Source: Protoeuglena noctilucae (taxonomy: Eukaryota). From it: 64,000 nucleotides of DNA. Position 1 is the first letter of the stretch; every line of letters begins with the position of its first letter. The notes beneath the pieces were generated by a model that saw only the letters and a list, made by a program, of their open reading frames with translations, made no database searches and was not told the DNA's origin. The stretch spans positions 806,001 to 870,000 of the forward strand of contig OY253671.1 of assembly GCA_958009085.1 (NCBI GenBank), given 5' to 3'. Both the position numbers and the translations under genes were made by a program. Below are positions 1 to 12,600 of the stretch, piece by piece.

Positions 1-740
1 GTGCGCGTCGCGACGCAAGCCAGGACGCCTGCAACAGGGCAGGGGGCCTCGCCCGCAGGAGGAGCTGGCGAAGCAGAGCGCCAAGGCCGGGCCGTCCCGC
101 CTGGGGGTGGCGTCGATGGGCCTGGGTCGCGTGCCGGGCCCAGAGGACAGCCCGACGGATGCGGACGCCGTGAGCTCGATGCTCCGGAAGCAGTTCTCGC
201 GGCAGGCCTCCCTCCGCACGGCCGCGGACTCCCTCGCCGGGATGGACCTCATGGGCAGCGGGAGCGACGATGGGGACGAGAGCACGTCGGGGCGTGGCAG
301 CCGCCGCACGAGCCTCCAGGGCACGGGCCCCGGAAGTGAGTCATCGCCGCCTGGCGAGGTCAAGGCACTGGGCGCTGGCTTGTGGAAGGGAGCGGTCTGT
401 GCGTGCGCCTCTCATCCCTCGCCCACCGCACCCGCCCCCAGGCCGCAGTGGCCCCGGCCGCCGTCCCATGGTCTCGTCAAGCGGGTCACGTCCTGCAGCG
501 ATATCCGAGGAGGCGGGGGACAGGCCCGGATCGAACGACCAGCCCGTGGACAGCGAGGCCCTCAGCGGCTGGGGTGCGGGCATGCAGGACTATCAAGACG
601 CGAAGCGCGCCCAGAACCGGGAGGAGCGGGCCCGGGGCACCGCCCTCGGCAAGCAGCCCAGCGGGAGGACCCAGGTGGGGCCCAACCAGGCTTTCCTCAA
701 GAAGTACGACCTGAACAACAAGGGCCTCTTCGCTTCGTGA
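1..740 (+). CDS. 3' part of an unknown spliced protein (5' end outside window)
   Basis: Coding-like exon (SSMLRKQFSRQASLRTAADSLAGMDLMGSGSDDGDE), a possible GTGAGT donor near 337, and a last exon ending GPNQAFLKKYDLNNKGLFAS-TGA(740). No family recognised. Confidence 0.5.
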
Positions 741-817
741 CGTGGCACGGTAGAGACAGAGCAGCCAAGGACCGTCCGCGCGTTGCACGTGCACGTATGG
801 ACTCATTTGAAGACCGT

Positions 818-1113
818 CTAGCCGCGCCGCGCGCACGGGCAGTCGGCGCGGGGGCACCCAGCTGGGTCGCCCTGGTACGTCCCCCCGCACGCCTCGCACA
901 GCCCGAGCTCCTTGCGCTGCTTCCTGGCCAAAAACTCGTCGACCCTGGAGGCAAGAATGAGAGGCGATGGGCACGGGTGGTCCCTGCTTGCAATCAGGGG
1001 CGGCCAGCCTGCCGGAGCGGCCCTCGCCTGGACGACTGCCACAGGAGGACGACGAGGAAGGCGAAAAACGCCAGCCCCTGCAGTTGGTCCGGCGTCCACT
1101 GATAGAACTCCAT
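818..1113 (-). CDS. Small single-pass membrane protein with C-terminal Cys cluster (putative zinc ribbon), unknown function
   Basis: ATG 1113: MEFYQWTPDQLQGLAFFAFLVVLLWQSSR, GC-AG intron 945-1027, then VDEFLARKQRKELGLCEACGGTYQGDPAGCPRADCPCARRG-TAG(818). Phase joins cleanly (AG+G=Arg). An upstream start is possible. Confidence 0.6.
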
Positions 1114-1721
1114 CTGGAACGCGTTGAGAGCGACACCTCGCCGGCGCGGTCCTTCGATTTCCGAGCAAACCCACCGGCGCCCCCTCCCGTGCTGCGCACG
1201 ACGTCCTGCGCGCATGCCGATGCATATCTTGCAAAAACGTCTTTGATGGATCAGGGGAGCGTGACGGCAAGCCGATATATCCACCCTGCGCGGCGTTCAA
1301 AGGCGCGCGGCTAGTCACCGAGTGGCAAAAGGCTCGCGGCCCTCCCGCTGAACCCAGACCCACTCGCAGAGCTAGACCGACACATCTCTTGCTGGCATGC
1401 CCGCGAGACCAGCCCCGCAGGGACTGCGACGGCCATGCTGCCTGGGCCTGGCCTATCCACACAGTCGCGACAAGACCCAAACGAACTCGCGACACCGGCC
1501 TTCGTGACTGACTGACGCTAGAAGACAGGCCGCCAGGAGAGGTCCTGTGGGGCTCCAAGTGACTCCCAGCTGACGCTGCAGCACAGCTTCGCCAGTGCCG
1601 TCCAGTGGAGCGTTTCAAGAGGCCAGGAGCAACTGCCAGCCTAATCTCCTCGCGAATTACAGGCTGGACACGGGCCCTTGCTAACATTTCCTGCAAACGA
1701 CTGCCTCCCATCGCCCACCCC

Positions 1722-2608
1722 TCACTCTACAGGGGGCTGGTAGCCCTCCCTCGCCCTGGCCACCGCCCTCAGCTCGCCCAGCAGCACATCCTGGAAGTCG
1801 GGTGGGCACTTGTGGACGCTCAGGATCTTCTCCAAGATGGTCTGCAGCACCTGGCGGATGCCGGAGCCTTGAAGATACTCCAATGCCTGCGGGTGCGCAT
1901 GGACCGACGGGGTTGGAATGCGCTGGTCGGCCTGGGGTGCCCACGGCGTGGGCTCTGTCGTAGGCCGGGGGGTTGCATGACGTCGGTGGGGCAGGGGTGG
2001 CCACAGCATGGGCCTTTTCGAAGGCCAGGCCTGGACCTCACCTCTGCCTCGTGGAGGAAGAGCTCCCGCTCGAGGTTCTCCCGGTCCGGAGCCGTCAATC
2101 CGCTCACGCGGGCCAGCACGTCGACGAGCTGTTCATGAGCGCTGGACGGCGCCACGATGGCCTGCGAGTGCGGCGTACGTGCCATGTGCGCGTTCTGACC
2201 GTTGTCATCGTCGCCGTGACGAACGGGAAACAAACACGGAATACATCAGAAGAACCAGGAGCTGACGCAGCGGTCGCCTTGTTGTACGCCTCGGCCAGGG
2301 TCGTCCATGGCGCCTGCGGCCGCTGCCATATCAACAAAGCGACGAGGGCCTGCACCGGCAGAGCAGCGGAAAGCGTCACGGATATCATATCGCATCGTCA
2401 GGTCAGCGAGCCGTGCGTTGAGAGACGTCCGGGGGGCAGCGAGCGGGCCCAACACAGGCCCGACAGGTCACACAGCCCCAGCGTCTCGCCGCGACATCTG
2501 AAGAAAGCGCCCCGACGTCCTGTCGTCGTATTTCACCTCAAAAGTCTGGAACACGCGATGCTGCTGAGCGTAGTCCTCCATTTTGATGATGCGCTCGTCA
2601 TCCGTCAT
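1722..2608 (-). CDS. Small protein with two RIIa/Dpy-30-like dimerisation-docking motifs (possibly flagellar)
   Basis: 4 exons: MTDDERIIKMEDYAQQHRVFQTFE | ALVALLIWQRPQAPWTTLAEAYNK | AIVAPSSAHEQ...LFLHEAE | ALEYLQGSGIRQVLQTILEKILSVHKCPPDFQDVLLGEL...PVE*. Both halves resemble the Y-x3-H/G-(I/V)...L-x2-LL-x2-(R/K)P D/D motif. Confidence 0.55.
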
Positions 2609-3008
2609 GAGGGCCCGGTGGAGGCTCAGATGAGGCTCCGAAGCCGACGGAACGGGCATGGTCGTCACGCGTCAATGACCCCTAACCCCTGCCCGTGTGG
2701 GCTCGCTCAGAAAAAGAGGGCCGCTCCAGCGAAAGGGCTATCGCTACCCCAATCAGCAGTGTGCGTCCTTAGGCACGACTTCAGCCGCGTGAACGAGCGA
2801 ATTGCTCCAACTTCCCACCAGTTTGGAGTTCAAACGTCTGGAAATGGCGCCAGGAAAGCGCGCTGGAAAATGGTTGCTGGCATGCTGCCCTAGAGCGCTT
2901 CGCATGGCCTGTCCTCAGAGCCATCGACGACCAGCATGGGCAGCCATAGGAGGGGTAGCGAGTTGTAAGCGAAATCCATGGTCCCTGCCACACACATCGC
3001 CTCCCGCG

Positions 3009-4265
3009 TCAACTGCGGAACGTACGGAGGGGACACATGTCAAGCTCCTGACCATCACGGTGTCTCCAAGCCAAGTCCCAAGGCAGACCAGTGCCCAACA
3101 CTCGACTCGCCTCGGGGATGCTGAGCGTCAGCGGAGGCGACCCCTCGTGTCGTCCCACGGCTGCGGCAGGCGCTTGGGCCTCAGAATCCCACGGCCCCGT
3201 CGGCGCACTTGCCAGATCCCTCGCGTCCCTGGGGGGCCCGTCTAGGAAGAACGGGCAGGGCGACCCCAGGGGCTGGGTCTTGGGCGCGAGGATGTTCTCG
3301 AACAGGGGTATGGAGAAGGCCATCGGCGGGTCTCGCAGGATGATGTTGTCGACGCTGTGCTCGTAGATGAGGCCATCTGCGGGGCGAGGGGATGGCGAGG
3401 GAATAGCGAGGGGGTGCGGACGCGCGCTGCCTCATGCACACGCGCGGGTGCCGCGCACGCACCCGAGTCGAGCTTGTACTGCGAGATGCCGTCGAAGCGC
3501 CCCTCGGCCTCCCATGGGACCCGCGGCACGCCGTGCACCGTCCAGCGCATGTTGATGACCCCGTCGGACGGCTGCCAGATGCGGCGGACCTCCAAATACA
3601 AGTGCCGGAAGAAGATGCGGCCGTGGAAGCGGAGGGACCAGAAGACCGTGCGGTACCGCTGCTTGCCCTCGATGCAGATGCGGGGGTCCCGGAACACAAT
3701 GTCGTCTCTGCGGCCACGGGCGCCCGGGCTCGGTCGCACCGCGTGGTCGGGTCAACCGACGTGGGCCGGGCGAACGGCGCACCGCAGCCCGTGGTCTCGC
3801 CTGTAGATGTTGAAGTTCGGCTCGCGCATAAACATCATGGGGAGGTCCTCCCTGAGCGTCCGGACAGCATCCCCGACGTTGGCGTAGTAGTCGGCGCTCT
3901 TCTCCCCCGGTCGTCGCTTGCGCCCCGGATCTTGCCCCGGACCCCCTCCGCCCGCCGCCCCGTGGCTGGCATCCTCGCGTGTACCCGAGGCCGACGGATC
4001 CGAGCTGGGCCGCCGGCTCTGCGCCGTCGCGGCGAGGACGGTGGAGCAGTGCGCCCAGCGACCTCGGGGCTCCTCCCCACGCCCGGACGAACTGCGCGCG
4101 AAGACGGCCAAGCGCGGTGAATGCACGAACGATGTTTCTGCTCGTGGCCCCCACGAGACCAGCCCGCCGCGGCCAGGGCGCAGCGCCAGCACTCTGCGCA
4201 CCTCGGCTGTCGGTCATCTCGCAACGACAGAGACGCTCCTGCGGGGGTGAGCGAGGCAACGCCAT
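3009..4265 (-). CDS. DUF2358 (SnoaL/NTF2-like) protein, probably plastid-targeted
   Basis: Spliced DYYANVGDAVRTLREDLP...NIYRDDIVFRDP...FWSLRFHGRIFF...RWTVHGVPRVPWEAEGRFDGISQYKLD...IYEHSVDN, typical of the plant/cyanobacterial DUF2358 family. Start and last exon uncertain. Confidence 0.8.
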
Positions 4266-5454
4266 GAGTCGGCCAAAGCAGCTTGCGTGGACCCCGGGAG
4301 AGCGGAGCGGGGCGGGCCGCGTGCAGCGATGCTCCTGGTGCTGCGCTGGACACGACAAGCTGCCACGGCCAGCGCCGTCAGGTGCCTTGGGCGACAGAGA
4401 AGCCAGCGTGTAATTCAACGCCTCTCGAATTGTGCCGAGGTACCGTCGGCGCGGCCCGGCGCTGGCGGGGATGGCGGTGCACACGGCCCACAAGCGCATT
4501 CCTCACCCGCTGCGTGCCCCGGCCCCGCCCGGGGGATGGGCCCATGCAGCCCAAACGAGAGCTGGGATATCGACGCAACCGTCGTCGGGCCCGGCGCCTG
4601 GTGCCCCCGCCCCAGAACGGCGTGCCCCTGGACGCTGGGGCGCGAGCTCAGCATTGCCGACAAAGCGGCCGCGGGAGCGGGCCGGTAGTCCCCCTGCCAC
4701 TCAGATGGCCTGAGGATGCGCGATGTGGGTCAACGCTGGGCGTTCCTCCGAAGATGGCGAGTTGATCCTGCTGCAAGCTCTTCCGCCGTCCAACAACAAG
4801 GCGCACCAGAATGTATTTACGCTTCGAAGTCTGTAGTCCAAAGCTGTCGCCCGCGATTGGCTGAGGCCCAGTCAGACAGTCGGACAGGAAACGACTGGCC
4901 GGGAAAACTTGGACCGCGCAGCGGTCCACGCTTCCGGCAGATGACGCTCCTACTTCTTAGCGAACTCGCCGGATCCAATTCGCACTCAACTAGCGTCCCA
5001 CGAGAAGCTACCGCCCCCGAGAAGCTACGGCGGGTCTACGCTCTCCCGCGCGGGGCTCCTGGTACGTCGAGATGATGAGCAGATCTTTGCGACCCACGCG
5101 CGCGCGGGCGCGCGGGGTGACGGGGAGCGCGGGACGGGGCCTCGACGGCCCCAAGCGCGGCCCTCCCTCACTCCTCACGTGTGTCGTTTTACCACCCGGT
5201 TTCCTCGTCGGCCCCCGATCACGCGTCGCCGGACCCTCTGTCCACCTGGCACGCCCTCGCGCCAATTGCTCGTGCGCCCTCCTTGCTGCTCGGACAGCCC
5301 GCCCCGAGCCCGGACCCGCCCAGGCCCGCGATTCTGTAATTGTTGTCTCCCAACCGCAGGGTCGCTGGACCGTCTCCGAGTTCGCCTCGTCGACCCCCCA
5401 TTTGCTGGACGCGCACGCCCAGGAGTTGGGAGAGTCGGCACCTGGGCCGTCGCC

Positions 5455-6243
5455 ATGGAGGCGCAGCTGCGTCAAACGACGGGCACGCTCGCTTGCGATG
5501 CGTCCTGCAGCCGCTCTGCCGTCGCGCCGCAGCGGCGGGCCCCGTGGAGTAAGGCGTTGGTGAGCATGCTTTGGGGCGCGCGCGCCGCGAGGGACGGCCC
5601 GGTCGCCCCCTGCCCGATCGCATGCAGTCATGGTATGCTTATCTTTCCCGCGCAGACCGTCCTGGACGCCCCTCGCTGCGCGTGCTCCTCAGCAGCTCCC
5701 GCCCATGCCGTGTGCGCCACGCACCAGCGGGTCCGCGCCCCGGGCACGTCGCGGCGGTCCGTCGCGGCGGCTAGCCTGCCTGCGTCGATCTCTGCGGTCC
5801 AGCAGCTCGTGACGTCGGGCAGCCTGGCGCTGGTGCTCTACTACCTCGCCTCTGAGTACCTGGGGTCCGCGAAGCAGGACCAGACGGGCAGGCGAGTGCA
5901 TTGCGAGGGCGGAACGCAGACACGGACGAGCGCGCGCGAGCGCTGTAAGCATGCGTACGCGTCCAGCCGTGTGCCCAGCTCTGCAGCTGAGCTTCTCCTT
6001 CTCCTCCGCAGGCCTTGCCCGGCGTGTAATGGGACGGGCATGGAGGCCTGCTTCTGCACCCGGTGGAGCGACGGGGACTTTGGCTGCAACACGTGCAACC
6101 ACACGGGCCGCATCCCGTGCCACGTGTGCCGCGGGGGCGGGAACGCCGTGCCGATCAAGTTGGAGGTGTTCATGGACGAGGAGAAGATCGTGCGCGAGCA
6201 GCGCAGGCGTCAGGGCCTGCCGGACGACTGGGGGCAGCAGTAG
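5455..6243 (+). CDS. DnaJ-type cysteine-rich zinc-finger protein lacking a J domain (DNAJE-like), likely plastid, one TM segment
   Basis: Hydrophobic segment LVTSGSLALVLYYLA, GC-AG intron 5892-6011, then CPACNGTG...CFCTRWSDGDFGCNTCNHTG...CHVCRGGG (CxxCxGxG repeats). Start approximate. Confidence 0.75.
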   Translation: MEAQLRQTTGTLACDASCSRSAVAPQRRAPWSKALVSMLWGARAARDGPVAPCPIACSHGMLIFPAQTVLDAPRCACSSAAPAHAVCATHQRVRAPGTSRRSVAAASLPASISAVQQLVTSGSLALVLYYLASEYLGSAKQDQTGRRVHCEGGTQTRTSARERCKHAYASSRVPSSAAELLLLLRRPCPACNGTGMEACFCTRWSDGDFGCNTCNHTGRIPCHVCRGGGNAVPIKLEVFMDEEKIVREQRRRQGLPDDWGQQ

Positions 6244-6626
6244 CAAGCTCGGTTGCGCTTCCTGTCGGGCCGGTCGGGCGCCGTGCCCCACCTCCCCTTC
6301 GCCATCATCCCTATCGCGTGTGCCGTGTGTGAGGTCCCCCGAGGACCGTTTTGCCGCATGTAGGCCGCGCCGCATCCAGTCCCATCCAGTTTTCTCCTTT
6401 TTTCACTGGGCTTCGTGTGCAACAGGACTGGCAGCGGGCTTTGCCCTGTCGCTATAGGTCTTGCCGCGGTCTGAAGAGCTCATGGCCGGGTGAACTTGGC
6501 GACGGCGTCGCTGTCGACGAGGCGCAAAGCCGCTGCCTGTGTGCGGCCCCGAGCCTCACGCGGAACCACGTCCCATTCGATGGGCTCCATGCACTCGTAG
6601 CGTTCGTCACAACACTATGCACTGAG

Positions 6627-9600
6627 ATGACGCACGAGTTATACGCTGGCTCGCTCCAGCTGCTCCTGGAGCCCGAGCCGGCCCTGGGAGCAGGCGACGA
6701 CGAGCTGAGGTAAGGCCTGGAGGTCGCACGCGGCTCAGGACTGATTGCTATCGTTATATGGTAAATATGTGATGTTGAAGACACGCTCCACTCGGTGGAT
6801 GCAGCAAGGACGAGCCGCTGGAACTTTGGTTCCTTAACAAAAGCACGCTCGTCGCCGCGCGGCCGAATTCCGACGCTCCTTTGGGCGCATGGGATCATCC
6901 AGGGAATGGCATCTCTGGGTTTTTTAACGGCGCTGGCCGGGGGGCCGCCACGATGGCGATCGGGGGCGCAGGGAGCGTGAACGTCTCCGCCCGCGGAGGG
7001 CGAACGCTGCCCGTGGTCCCCGTCGGGCGCGCGAAGGTGGGGTCGTCCTGAATGCGTCCCGATGCACGCACAGAAGCTGGAGCTTGTCCTCGCTGCCTCT
7101 CTGGGCCACCCTGGGGGCCATGCAGGCCACCTTGGTTGCTGCAAACGGGAAGCATATCCCCAATGCAGGTGCTCGGGACCAAGGAGTCGGTGGGGCGCTG
7201 CCTACATGTGCTGTGGTGGGAGCGGGACCTCGTCTCGGTGACGGCGCAGTTCGCGGGGTGGTCGGGGGGCCACATGGTGGTGGACGTGCACGTTTGGCTG
7301 AACAACGCGTACTTCACTCACGTCCCGGGTCTCAGCGCAAGCACCGAGGTCGCCCCGGCCACCTCCTCGGCGTCCGCGTCCGACACCGTGGCCAAGCACT
7401 CGGTGGCGCTGCTGAGGCTTCTGGCAGCACACGCCCCGCAGCCGCCGGCAAGTGGCGACGAGGAGCTCGGGCCTGGCGAGGGTGCCGACGACAGCGGCCG
7501 CGGGGCTCAAGCGGCAGAGCGTCCGGCCAACCTCCGGGACGAGGTGCTGGCCATCATTCGCCCCGACGGGTGGACGGAGGTCGCCCCGCAGCCCTCCGGC
7601 CTCAAGCGCCAACTGTACCGGTACCAGCGTCGGGCGCTGGCGTGGATGCTGTGGCGGGAGCAACACCATGGGTTAAGCGGCGGTGCGGAGCGCGGATCGC
7701 GGGGCGCCGCAGCGCACCTGAGGGCCGAGGACGCGCACCCGCTATGGCGGCGGACGCTGCTGCCGAGCGGGGCCACCGTGTTCGTCAACATCCGCACGGG
7801 CAGCGTGTCGAGGGTCCCCATCAAGGTCGCCCACAGTCTGCCTGGCGGGTGCCTGTGCGACGAGGTGACTGGCGGCACTGCGACACCTTGCCACACCTGC
7901 ATGCATGTCCCTTGCCACCCATCCTAGCCTGGACTTACTGCCGCCCCTCCCGCATTATCATCCTACAGATGGGGCTCGGGAAGACAGCCGAAGTCATTGC
8001 TCTGGTCTTGGCGCACCCGCCCCCGCCCGCCGGCAAAGACGAGCCGGAAGAGCCAGGGGAGGGTGGTCTTGCCCCCGAGGGTCACGTGAAACGAAGCCCA
8101 AAGGAAGACGGGGCAGCAACCTCGCCCAAACCCGAACCGGGGCCGTCGGGGCGCCAGTGGGGCCCGACGCTGGTGGTGGCGCCTGCCAACTTGCTCCAGC
8201 AGTGGAAGTCGGAGATCGCGCACTTCTCCGACCTGCGTGTCCTGCTCTACGAGGGCCTCGACGATGTGCCGTTGCCTTCGGAGGACGGAGCGGGACCAAG
8301 CGAGCCTGGCGGTTCGGGCGGGGCGGGCGGGGCGGGCGGGGGAGGCAAGAAGCGGTCGAAGAAGCGGGGCCGGGCGACGCAGGACGACATCGAGCACCAG
8401 GCGCGTTTACTGGCACGGGACCTGGGGGTGACGGCCCCGAGCCACGTGCAGCTGCTTTTGCGGAGCATGGAGGAGCTCGGGGTGCCGATGCCCGACTGGG
8501 ACCCGCGGCTGAGGGAGGCGAAGGCGGCGGAGGCCGAGCGGCAGTGCCGGGAGGCCGACGTGGTCCTTACTTCGTACGCCGTGCTGCAGGCAGAGGCGAG
8601 ATGGGGTGGCTGGGCACGCTCGCAAGATGCATCATCCCTTCACAAACTGCTCCTCAGGGTCCCAAGGTCCCTGCATTGCTTGCGCTGTCGATCGCCACCT
8701 CACGCGCTCACGTGCCCTCTCTCTGTCCACGCAGATCGACTTCAAACCCAGCGAGCGCAGTCTGCGGCAGCCCAAGCGGTACCCTGTCCCGATCACGCCG
8801 CTGCTGGCCGTGCCCTGGTGGCGGCTGGTGCTGGATGAGGCGCAGGAGGTGGCGTCGGGGATATCCAAGGTCGCGCAGATGGCCTTGCGGATCCAGGCGG
8901 CCCACCGGTGGTGCGTCACGGGGACGCCCATTGGCCGGGGTGGGCTCTCTGACATCCAGGGCCAACTGCAGGTCTTGCATCACGAGCCATTCGCCGGTGA
9001 GGTCGCAACAGCCTCGGCAGCAGCCCTCGTTCCCACCTGCACTCCAATCAAGAGGCCTCGGTTGCGGCCTCTCAGCTGTCGATGCCGCAGCTCTTGTATC
9101 AGTCCCTGCTTCCTAATGATGTCAACAAGCACTCGACACGGCGCCCCACGTCAAGTCGCTTGCCGCGTCGCCGCCGTCGCAGATGCCCAGCTGTGGAAGG
9201 AGCTGGTGCAGGCGCCGTACGAGCGCAGGGTGCCGGGGTCCGAGAGCCGCCTGGTGTCCGTGCTGAGGCCCATCATGTGGCGCAACACGAAACAATCCGC
9301 CGCAGAGGACGTCCCGCTGCCGGGGCGGTCGCTGCGGCTCGCTGAGCTGCACCTGACGCAGCAGGAGAAGATTTTCTACGACGTCATCCTCGACCGGGCC
9401 CGGCGCAAGGCCGAGGCGCGGCGGAAGGCGGGGCAGGAGGCGGCAGAGATGCAGACCGTGGCGGGGGCGCTGGAGAGCGGCGGGGGCACGGGGCAGGAGC
9501 GCAGGGCCGTCTCGGCGCAGGTGCGGGCGCCGCGCATGGGCATGATACTGCGCTAAGCGCATGCGCGAGCGCGGCGGGCGTCTCCTGTCCATGTCCATGT

Positions 9601-12600
9601 CTGCTGCGGGCGCCTCTGCCGGAGTGTAGGTGTCTGCCGGAGCAGCCGAGCAGGCGCCGTGGTTTGTGGGGATTGAAGCAGAATGTCTCTGGCACCGTTT
9701 CCCGCAGGTCATGCGCCTCCGCCGCGCCGCGGACGTCCTGGCTTCGGAGACGCGGGCCATGCTGACGCAGCTGCGGTGCGCGGCCATCCACCCGCAGCTG
9801 ACGCAGTTCTGGGCATCGATGGGCGCCGAGCTGCAGATCCAGGGCGGCGGGCTGTCCATGGTCGAGATCATGGCCACGCTGCAGGCGAGGACGGGGCTCA
9901 TTTCCGTTTCAATGTTGCTGTGTGATGACCCCTCTTGCTCCCACCGTCCGCACCCCAGCCAGCCCCGGCAGCCCACCTACAGGCCCTCCCACCGTCGCCT
10001 CGCCCGCAGGAGAACATCCAGAGCGAGCTGCAGGCGAAGGAGCGGGACCTGTGCGTGTCGTTAAACGCCATGGCGAGGAAACTGGTGCAGCGCGCGGCTG
10101 CCGCGGAGCGTGCCAGGGCCGCGGAGGCTCGGGCGGCGAAGAGTCCGGGGAAGGGATCTGCAGCTGGCAAGGCATCCGCGAAGAAGAACGCGAAAGGCGG
10201 GGCTCACGGCAGCGCGCACGGGGCGGGCCGTGAGGGTGGCGCAGGGGATGGGGACGGTGTGGGCGGGGAGGGTGGGGGTCATGGGGGTCACGCAGATGGG
10301 GAGGAGAGTGGTGGGGAGGACGGGGCGTGGGCGGAGGGGGATGAGGAGGGAGAGGGGGGGGAGGAGGGGGCCGGGTGAGAGGGTGGTTGTGCAAGGCATA
10401 GGGCGGTGCTGTTCGCATAATGCCTGCGGAATGGTGGTGATACCAGCATGGCTGGTCGTGTGGTACATAAAATGTGCCTCGGTACCAGCATGGTCACATG
10501 TCCGGTTGTACCGCATGCCAGGCAGGGCCGAGGGCAGGCAGTGAGTCGATTATTGCCTTGGCTCTGTCTTTTGCAGTCGGACGCCCCGCAAGCTCCGCAA
10601 GTGGGACCCTGAGCTGCTGACCGTGAACCCTGAAGAAGACAGGCGGCGTGCCCTGGACTGCCTCACCAAGTCGTGGCGTGTGGGGGAGAACGGCATCGAC
10701 GCGCTGTTGGGAGGTGAGGGGGCGGTGCTGAGGGTGGCTGCGCGGGTGGGTGGTTGTTGCACGTAGCGGCGGGGTGGCTGGGAGACGGCAGGTGGGTTCG
10801 GTGGGTGGCTGGGCGGAAGGCGAGCGCAGTTGGGTGGCTGGGCGGGGGAGCGGCTGAGTGGTGGGAGTGGGAGTGATCCTGGCCCGTCTGTGTGCGGTGC
10901 ACGGAGAGTGTCAGGAAATTTGCATTGTATTGCATCTGTTTTCAATCTTGTTCGCGCAGGGGAGGACGCGGGTGACGAGAACATCAAGCTAAAGGCCAGC
11001 AGCTGGGCGGCGTGGGTGCAGATCCAAGTCAACACGGAGACGGCGCGGGCGGACCTGCTGGAGATGATGGGGGAGGACCCCGAGGGGGTGCGGGAGCACA
11101 GGTGAGGGGAGATGTTAGGGAGGGTTGATGAAGCACGGGTGAGGGTGCGGGTCAGCTTGTGGTGACAGGTGCTGCTCTGGACCGCTGATGGTGCCAAGCA
11201 TTGCCGCTGTCGACTGTCCATGCTTATCACCACCACGCCAGTCACCACTCATGTCCTCACCTGTCCACGAACCCCAGTCACACCATTGTTGCTCTCACCT
11301 GTCCATGTCACCCATCACCACCCATATCTCTTCACTGCCCCCCTCAGGTCCAACGTGGAGCGGAAGGTTCGGGAGTTTCTGGAGACCGAAGAGGCGGCGC
11401 TGGGGGAGGCGCAGTCGAAGCACGCGCAGCTGATCGAGAAGATCCACGAGACGGGGGCAGCGGCGGCGAGGCACGCGGGGGCGGCGGAGGAGGCGGCGTT
11501 CGGTGGGGCGGCGTGGGCGCGGGCAGGGTGGCCCGGGGGGCGCGACGTGGGCGGGTGGCTGGCGGCCCTGGCGGGTGTTGTCGCGGATGCCAAGGCCGCG
11601 GAGGGGCGCGCGAGGGAGGAGCGGGAGGAGCGGGCGCGGGACCGCGCCATGCAGGGCCTGCTGGGTCGGGAGGTATTTGACGCTTTGGACGCCAAAGAGG
11701 CGGAGCTGAAGGACGCGCGGACGGGGCTGGAGGGCGCGTTCTTGATGGAGAGAGTCGAGGCTGCCGCGGGCGCCGTGGGGCGATGCCGCGAGTGAGGGGG
11801 GGGCGGTGTCGTGTGGATGGCTGTGACATGAGTGGCTGTGTAATGCGAATGCTGTTGCTATGTGGATACCTGACACGGTCTCTTGCCCGCGTTACCACCA
11901 ATACACCCTCGGATAGCATTAGCGTCACACAACACCAGCCACCGTCCAGACCCACACCGCCCAACCCCTCGCAGGGCGTTGGCGTCCAGCTCCGCCCCGA
12001 GCAACGTCTCTGCGTATCTCGACTTCGACAAGCCCCCGCACCTCGCCGCCGCGCACCGCGCGCTGTACCTGGGGGACTCGGGCGGGGCAGTGCGTGCGGC
12101 GGCTGCTGTTGCCTCCTGGGGTTACGGGGCGGAGGCGGCAGTGGCGGGGGAGTTCCTGCATCGCAAGGTGTACAATCCCCTGGTCAAGCTGTCGCGGAGT
12201 GTGTCCCGGGGAGCGCGGGAGGGGCTGGAGGGCGCCAGAGGGGAGGGGCTGCTGCGTGCCGTGTGTGCGGTGCGGAGGGTGGCGGACGCCGTGGGGCTGT
12301 GGCGCCAGGAGCACAAGGCAGACATGCAGGTGAGATGGAGCGAGGAGCGGTGCAGCGTGCAGGTGACAAGGGAGGAGTGGATTTAGCAAAAATACAGGCC
12401 GCCTCCTCACACCTTGCTCACCGGTCCTCGTTGCACTGCTACCCTCCCTGCCCCGTCACCTGCACCCGACCCCCGCCTGCTCAGCTCTCACCCTTGCTGC
12501 CCTTCCTTGGCTCCCAGGTGGCTCTCAAAAGGCACGACATGGACTCGGCCGCGCAGACCATGACGGCGGCAAAGGACAAGCACCCCGCGGTTCGCAAGCA

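Noticed and set aside
4290..5075. Possible extra + strand gene between DUF2358 and the DnaJ-like gene
   Set aside because: ORFs and a plausible acceptor near 4704 exist, but I found no recognisable motif or convincing exon chain.
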